DNA of 64,000 nt from an uncultured bacterium (lineage in GTDB: Bacteria; Acidobacteriota; HRBIN11; JAKEFK01). The notes below the pieces were generated by a model. That model saw nothing but the letters and a program-made list of their open reading frames with translations. It did not search any database and was not told the origin of the DNA. Each line of letters opens with the position of its first letter. Position 1 is the stretch's first letter. The translations under genes were made by a program, and so were the position numbers. The stretch is taken from NCBI GenBank assembly GCA_963777505.1, contig CAVZQN010000004.1:544001-608000 (forward strand), in the 5' to 3' direction. Shown one piece after another: positions 60,029 through 64,000 of the stretch.

Positions 60029-61318
60029 CTAAGTCTTTGAAGTGATTGCAATCAATCCTTCTAGATTTCGGATAAAAATAGTCTTATCTGATATAGCAGG
60101 TGTCGCATATAGCGGTGCACCTGTATCGTTTCTCGCGATCAATTCAAATACGGGTCCGGCTTTTACAACCGACACATTCCCATCTTCGCTCGCGAAATAG
60201 AGCTTGCCATCCGATGCAACAGGTGAAGCACTAAATTCGCCTTCAAGTTTGTTTTCATACAGTTTTTCACCTGTTTTGACGTTATAGCAAATGAGTACGC
60301 CATTGTTTTGTACAGAGTACAACTGATCACCATACGCAATTGGCGTTGGAGTATATGGTCCACCTTTTTCGATTTTCCAAACAATATTGGGATTGGTGGT
60401 TGTCTCAGGTGCAGTGCTAATGTCGCCTGTGGCTCCGGTTTTTAAAGCATAAATTGCACGCCCACGCGGATAGCCGCCAGTAACGATGATGGAGTCTCGA
60501 TACACAAAAGGTGTGGGTTGTTTCACCTGTGCTTGATCTCCGAATTTCCATATTTCTTTGCCGGTATTCACATCATACCCACGAACGTACTGTCCGTTTG
60601 TAATTAACTCAACGCGGCCTTTTGTTTCATGAAGCGTGGGTGTACTCCAGGAGGGAAGTTCATCCGGTCTTGGTGTTTTCCAAATTTCAGTACCATCTGA
60701 TACACGATATGCAGCCAAAAACGAATCTTTATGTTTATCGATTTGGACGATCAATCGATCCTTATAAAGAATTGGTGAACTTGCATGACCCCATTGACTT
60801 GTGTGATCGTCAGCCAGACCTGGATCCAAAAGTCCTAGATCCTTTTTCCATAGTTCTTTTCCATCAGTGGAATAAACATAAAGTCCTTCCGAGCCCATAA
60901 TTGCTGCAACAAATTTTCCATCTGTAACGGGAGTTGAATTACATTGGCTTGCTTTTTCGTGTCTTCCAGCTTTGGGCTTGCCTTCAAATGCAGTTTTTTC
61001 CCAAAGAATTTTTCCTGTAGTTTTGTTAATCGCGTACATCTTCCACATATGTTGAACCGAATCATCGCGCCAATTGCTTTCGGATCCAACTGCAGTTGTT
61101 AGAAAAATTGTATTTTCCCAAACAATAGGACTTGAGTGTCCCGTTCCAGGAATTTCCGCTTTCCATTTAACGTTTGAAGATTCTTTAATATTCCAGGTTG
61201 CGGGCAAATTCTGTTTATCGATCGAACCCAAAGCGCTCGTCCCTCGAAATTGTGGCCAATTTTGAGCGTATACGGTCGATGCAAAGAAAATCGTTGCGAT
61301 CAAAATAGTAATTCTCAT
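60029..61318 (-). CDS. Exported PQQ-like beta-propeller repeat protein
   Basis: Signal peptide, NWPQFRG, GHSSPIVW, W-repeat propeller; start at MRITIL after AAAGGAG. Confidence 0.87.
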   Translation of the reverse strand: MRITILIATIFFASTVYAQNWPQFRGTSALGSIDKQNLPATWNIKESSNVKWKAEIPGTGHSSPIVWENTIFLTTAVGSESNWRDDSVQHMWKMYAINKTTGKILWEKTAFEGKPKAGRHEKASQCNSTPVTDGKFVAAIMGSEGLYVYSTDGKELWKKDLGLLDPGLADDHTSQWGHASSPILYKDRLIVQIDKHKDSFLAAYRVSDGTEIWKTPRPDELPSWSTPTLHETKGRVELITNGQYVRGYDVNTGKEIWKFGDQAQVKQPTPFVYRDSIIVTGGYPRGRAIYALKTGATGDISTAPETTTNPNIVWKIEKGGPYTPTPIAYGDQLYSVQNNGVLICYNVKTGEKLYENKLEGEFSASPVASDGKLYFASEDGNVSVVKAGPVFELIARNDTGAPLYATPAISDKTIFIRNLEGLIAITSKT

Positions 61319-61330
61319 AAAAACTCCTTT

Positions 61331-61417
61331 AGTGCTGAGTGCTGAGCAATGAGTGCTGAGCAATGAGTGCTGAGTGAAATCGATGTTGAATGTACTCAGA
61401 ACTCATTGCTCGGCACT
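61331..61417. repeat. Heptamer tandem array (AGTGCTG/AGCAATG) with inverted partner
   Basis: Six units at 61331-61372; inverted arm ACTCAGAACTCATTGCTCGGCACT at 61394-61417. Confidence 0.82.
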
Positions 61418-61837
61418 TTTTACTTCTTCTATTTGGTCTGCGATCCATGCAGGAATCTCAATCGCTTTCATGCCGTTTTCGCCGTTTAAAGTGCAGCATG
61501 CTGAAGTCATTTCACCGCGCGCGATCGAGTCTTCATTCCTTGTAAATTCAAAACCATAAGTCATGGATTTTTTTCCTTTCCGCAAAATCGTTACACGGAT
61601 CTGGAGTTGATCTTCGAATTTCGCAGGTCCGATATATTCGCAGGATGCCTTTAGGCGCGGCCATCCAATTTTCATGTCATCCCATTCACTATGAACGCTC
61701 GTTCCAAGTGATCGCAGAAATTCATGTTCAGCAGTTTCCATGAAAATGAAAAAGCGTGAAAAATGAACGATGCCCGCTTGATCAACATCTGCGAATTCGA
61801 TCTTTCGGCTGGTTATGAATTCTGAAACCCGAGGCAT
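61403..61837 (-). CDS. Acyl-CoA thioesterase (4HBT/YbgC hot-dog family)
   Basis: IEFADVDQAGIVHFSRFFIFME. Confidence 0.88.
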   Translation of the reverse strand: MPRVSEFITSRKIEFADVDQAGIVHFSRFFIFMETAEHEFLRSLGTSVHSEWDDMKIGWPRLKASCEYIGPAKFEDQLQIRVTILRKGKKSMTYGFEFTRNEDSIARGEMTSACCTLNGENGMKAIEIPAWIADQIEEVKSAEQ

Positions 61838-61840
61838 CGT

Positions 61841-62344
61841 CTACTTTGCTCCAGGTCTGTAAAGTGTTACGAGGCAGCCACCGAGTGCCGCCAGAAAGAT
61901 CCCAACCACAAATTGCCATCGCAAACTCTGCCATCCTCCTGGCGGTGGATGAGACACCATCGATGCAATTGCATTAACGACCGGCGCACCTCCAAAGACA
62001 AGGGACATGACAACTGGAGGTGTGCCTCGAGCTCCAAATGCAAGTAGCACACAAAAAGCACCTGCGGCTCCTGCAATTCCGGCAATCAATGACCATAACA
62101 TTCCTTTCGCAGGGAACGTCCAGCTTGCACCCTTTAGAAGTAATACGAGACCTGGTGCGAGAACGGCCGTAATAAAATACGCAATCCCTACAAATAAAAA
62201 TGCTTTGTATCGTCCATTTACTGGATCGGACATCGAAAGCTGGCCAGTATGAAGCAGCACACCATACAGTCCCCATGTAAAAACAGTCATCAAAGCAAAA
62301 TACAACCACGTTATACTTGACTGCTGAACATTCCCAGGTTCCAT
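61841..62344 (-). CDS. DMT/EamA-like five-TM membrane protein
   Basis: WGLYG, GAAGAF, MSLVFGGAP. Confidence 0.7.
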   Translation of the reverse strand: MEPGNVQQSSITWLYFALMTVFTWGLYGVLLHTGQLSMSDPVNGRYKAFLFVGIAYFITAVLAPGLVLLLKGASWTFPAKGMLWSLIAGIAGAAGAFCVLLAFGARGTPPVVMSLVFGGAPVVNAIASMVSHPPPGGWQSLRWQFVVGIFLAALGGCLVTLYRPGAK

Positions 62345-63651
62345 CAGTTTTCTCTCCGTGTCTCTGCGGTAAATTTCTTATACAGGTTTATAGTGGCATC
62401 TGCCATTTGATCATCACTGAATTGTGAATGCACTGCCTTTTTGCCGCGTTCTCCCAGTTGTTTTAACTTATCAGAGTTTTCAATCAAACTTCGAATTGCT
62501 TTTGCAATATCTTTTGCCGAAGCTGATTCGGCCAGAATACCACCACCTGTCGCCTCAATTAATTCAGGAAAAGCACCATGCGGCGGCTGTACTACAGGAA
62601 TTCCATTCGCTAAAGCTTCAAGAATATATAATCCTTTTGGTTCTTTGTAGGGAGCGGGGACAGACAGAACATGTAAGCCATTCAGAAATTCAATTTTCTT
62701 CGTGCGATCCACTTCTCCCCAGAATTCAAATGAATCATAAAATCCGGAGTCCGAAATTTGTTTAATAGTTTTTTGAAAAAATGAAATGTCCTTCCTGGAT
62801 AAATATCCTGCAGCTCTGAATTTGACTTTGTCAGGACCCAGTTCTCTAGCAAGAATTTCAAACACTTCTGCTGCCACATGGAATCCTTTTTCGGGACAAA
62901 TTCGCGCAAGATAACCAATGACAAATGGATTCTGGCTTCGTTCGTGCTCCTTTTCACCATGACCCTTTAGGTTGATTCCTAGCGGGACCACGTGAATTTT
63001 TTCTCGCGGAACTTTTAGATATTGCCCCATAAAATCAGCATAATATTTGCTTGGAGAAATGAAGGCATCAATATCCTTAGAGCGTTCATGCATTAGAGCC
63101 AGAGTTTCGGAACGATACGGTTCCTCCATATCTTCCACGAACAAATCTTCTCCAGTGAGCCCGCACACGACCGGCACATTGAGGCGTTTCTTAATCTCAG
63201 GAGCCATGCCGAGAAACATACAGTTATTTAAATGTATGAGTTCAGGTTTGTAATCTGATTTCAGCCAATCAACAAGTTTGTCTAATTCCTTCTTCTGTTT
63301 TCCATCCGCGCCTTTCATTACTGATACAGTCAATTCACCGAGATCTCGTGCATCTGTTGAAGAACTTAATCCTGAGAGCCGGTTTAACAAAGCCGGACTA
63401 TCCAGAACACGATCCAGGAGTTTATGTGTATGCCTGAAAAATTCGGATTTCTGCTGCAAAAATACATTGATGCCGCCGTAAAAAACTTGTTGCAGGCTCA
63501 CGTCTTCTTCATCAGTGCGAATTGGAGTATAGGTTGGAATCAGTGCGACATTATGCCCCTTCTTGATCAGCGAAGAAGCAAGCGTATTGTCATGCAAACA
63601 AGTACCGCAGTACATTCCTGCTGCACCGGTTGCAATGTATGCGATTCGCAT
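62344..63651 (-). CDS. Glycosyltransferase family 4
   Basis: GAAGMYCGTCLHDN, ARICPEKG, EPKGLYILEA (Ex7E). Confidence 0.9.
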   Translation of the reverse strand: MRIAYIATGAAGMYCGTCLHDNTLASSLIKKGHNVALIPTYTPIRTDEEDVSLQQVFYGGINVFLQQKSEFFRHTHKLLDRVLDSPALLNRLSGLSSSTDARDLGELTVSVMKGADGKQKKELDKLVDWLKSDYKPELIHLNNCMFLGMAPEIKKRLNVPVVCGLTGEDLFVEDMEEPYRSETLALMHERSKDIDAFISPSKYYADFMGQYLKVPREKIHVVPLGINLKGHGEKEHERSQNPFVIGYLARICPEKGFHVAAEVFEILARELGPDKVKFRAAGYLSRKDISFFQKTIKQISDSGFYDSFEFWGEVDRTKKIEFLNGLHVLSVPAPYKEPKGLYILEALANGIPVVQPPHGAFPELIEATGGGILAESASAKDIAKAIRSLIENSDKLKQLGERGKKAVHSQFSDDQMADATINLYKKFTAETRREN

Positions 63652-63653
63652 TA

Positions 63654-64000
63654 TCAAGCCTCAACGGGCGAACTTGCCCGAGCTTTATTCGCTCTCGGAA
63701 AAAATTTACGGATCGATTCTTCTGAGGGTGCAGGTGTTAACAATGAAACCATGATCAGCATAATAGATGAAACAGCGATCATGAGTGCAACAGGCATAAT
63801 GCCAGTGTTACCAATCGTATAATGCTGATCATTTCCTGCTTTTAAGAAAAAGAAAAGCCATAGCGCAATTACGCTGATTACAGAAGCGAATGCACCGTAC
63901 TTATTACTCCGTTTCCAAAATAGCGCTGCAATCACAAGCGGAAATAATGCTGCAAATCCGCTGAAGCACCAGATACCAAGCCGAAAGATGCTTCGATTTG
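63654..64000 (-). CDS. Sodium:solute symporter family protein, C-terminal part (runs off the window)
   Basis: Frame is open to the edge: IFRLGIWCFSGFAALFPLVIAALFWKRSNKYGA...VSLLTP. Confidence 0.75.
   Translation of the reverse strand, partial: NRSIFRLGIWCFSGFAALFPLVIAALFWKRSNKYGAFASVISVIALWLFFFLKAGNDQHYTIGNTGIMPVALMIAVSSIMLIMVSLLTPAPSEESIRKFFPRANKARASSPVEA

Noticed and set aside
61319-61363. N-terminal extension MLSTHCSALST of the PQQ propeller
   Set aside because: It is a translation of the heptamer repeat; the RBS supports the start at 61318.

Overview
Gene-dense bacterial chromosomal window, most likely from an uncultured Acidobacteriota-like lineage (inferred from the Hanks kinase-TolB/TPR paralogs, the M14/S9/M48 peptidases and the repeat landscape). 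It holds housekeeping genes (add, hisC, rluB, scpB, apt, acyP, murI, lhgO), three tRNAs (Pro-GGG, Pro-CGG, Arg-CCT), many secreted hydrolases and three Ser/Thr kinases. I found no integrase, transposase or CRISPR array. Three genes are split by single-base frameshifts (four in total), probably read or assembly indels. The strongest candidates for new biology are: (i) four unlinked orphan proteins with type-III-secretion-like disordered N-termini that fall into two pairs, each pair sharing a positionally conserved motif (GIAxxxDxFE; Lx[GA]xLx4L[NQ]xA); (ii) an exported lipoprotein with a cryptic kinase fold next to an SGNH/SxtJ/carbamoyltransferase/SxtK/GT-C cassette, possibly for surface carbamoylation; (iii) a Hanks kinase fused to a HisKA domain with no ATPase domain, near an FHA-PrsW protease; (iv) several families of short interspersed repeats (nonamer, heptamer, REP-like) that also lie inside coding sequence; (v) a 30-bp direct repeat bracketing a 3.6-kb segment beside tRNA-Arg; and (vi) a DddP-like gene. 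All family assignments come from motif recognition by eye; no database searches were run.
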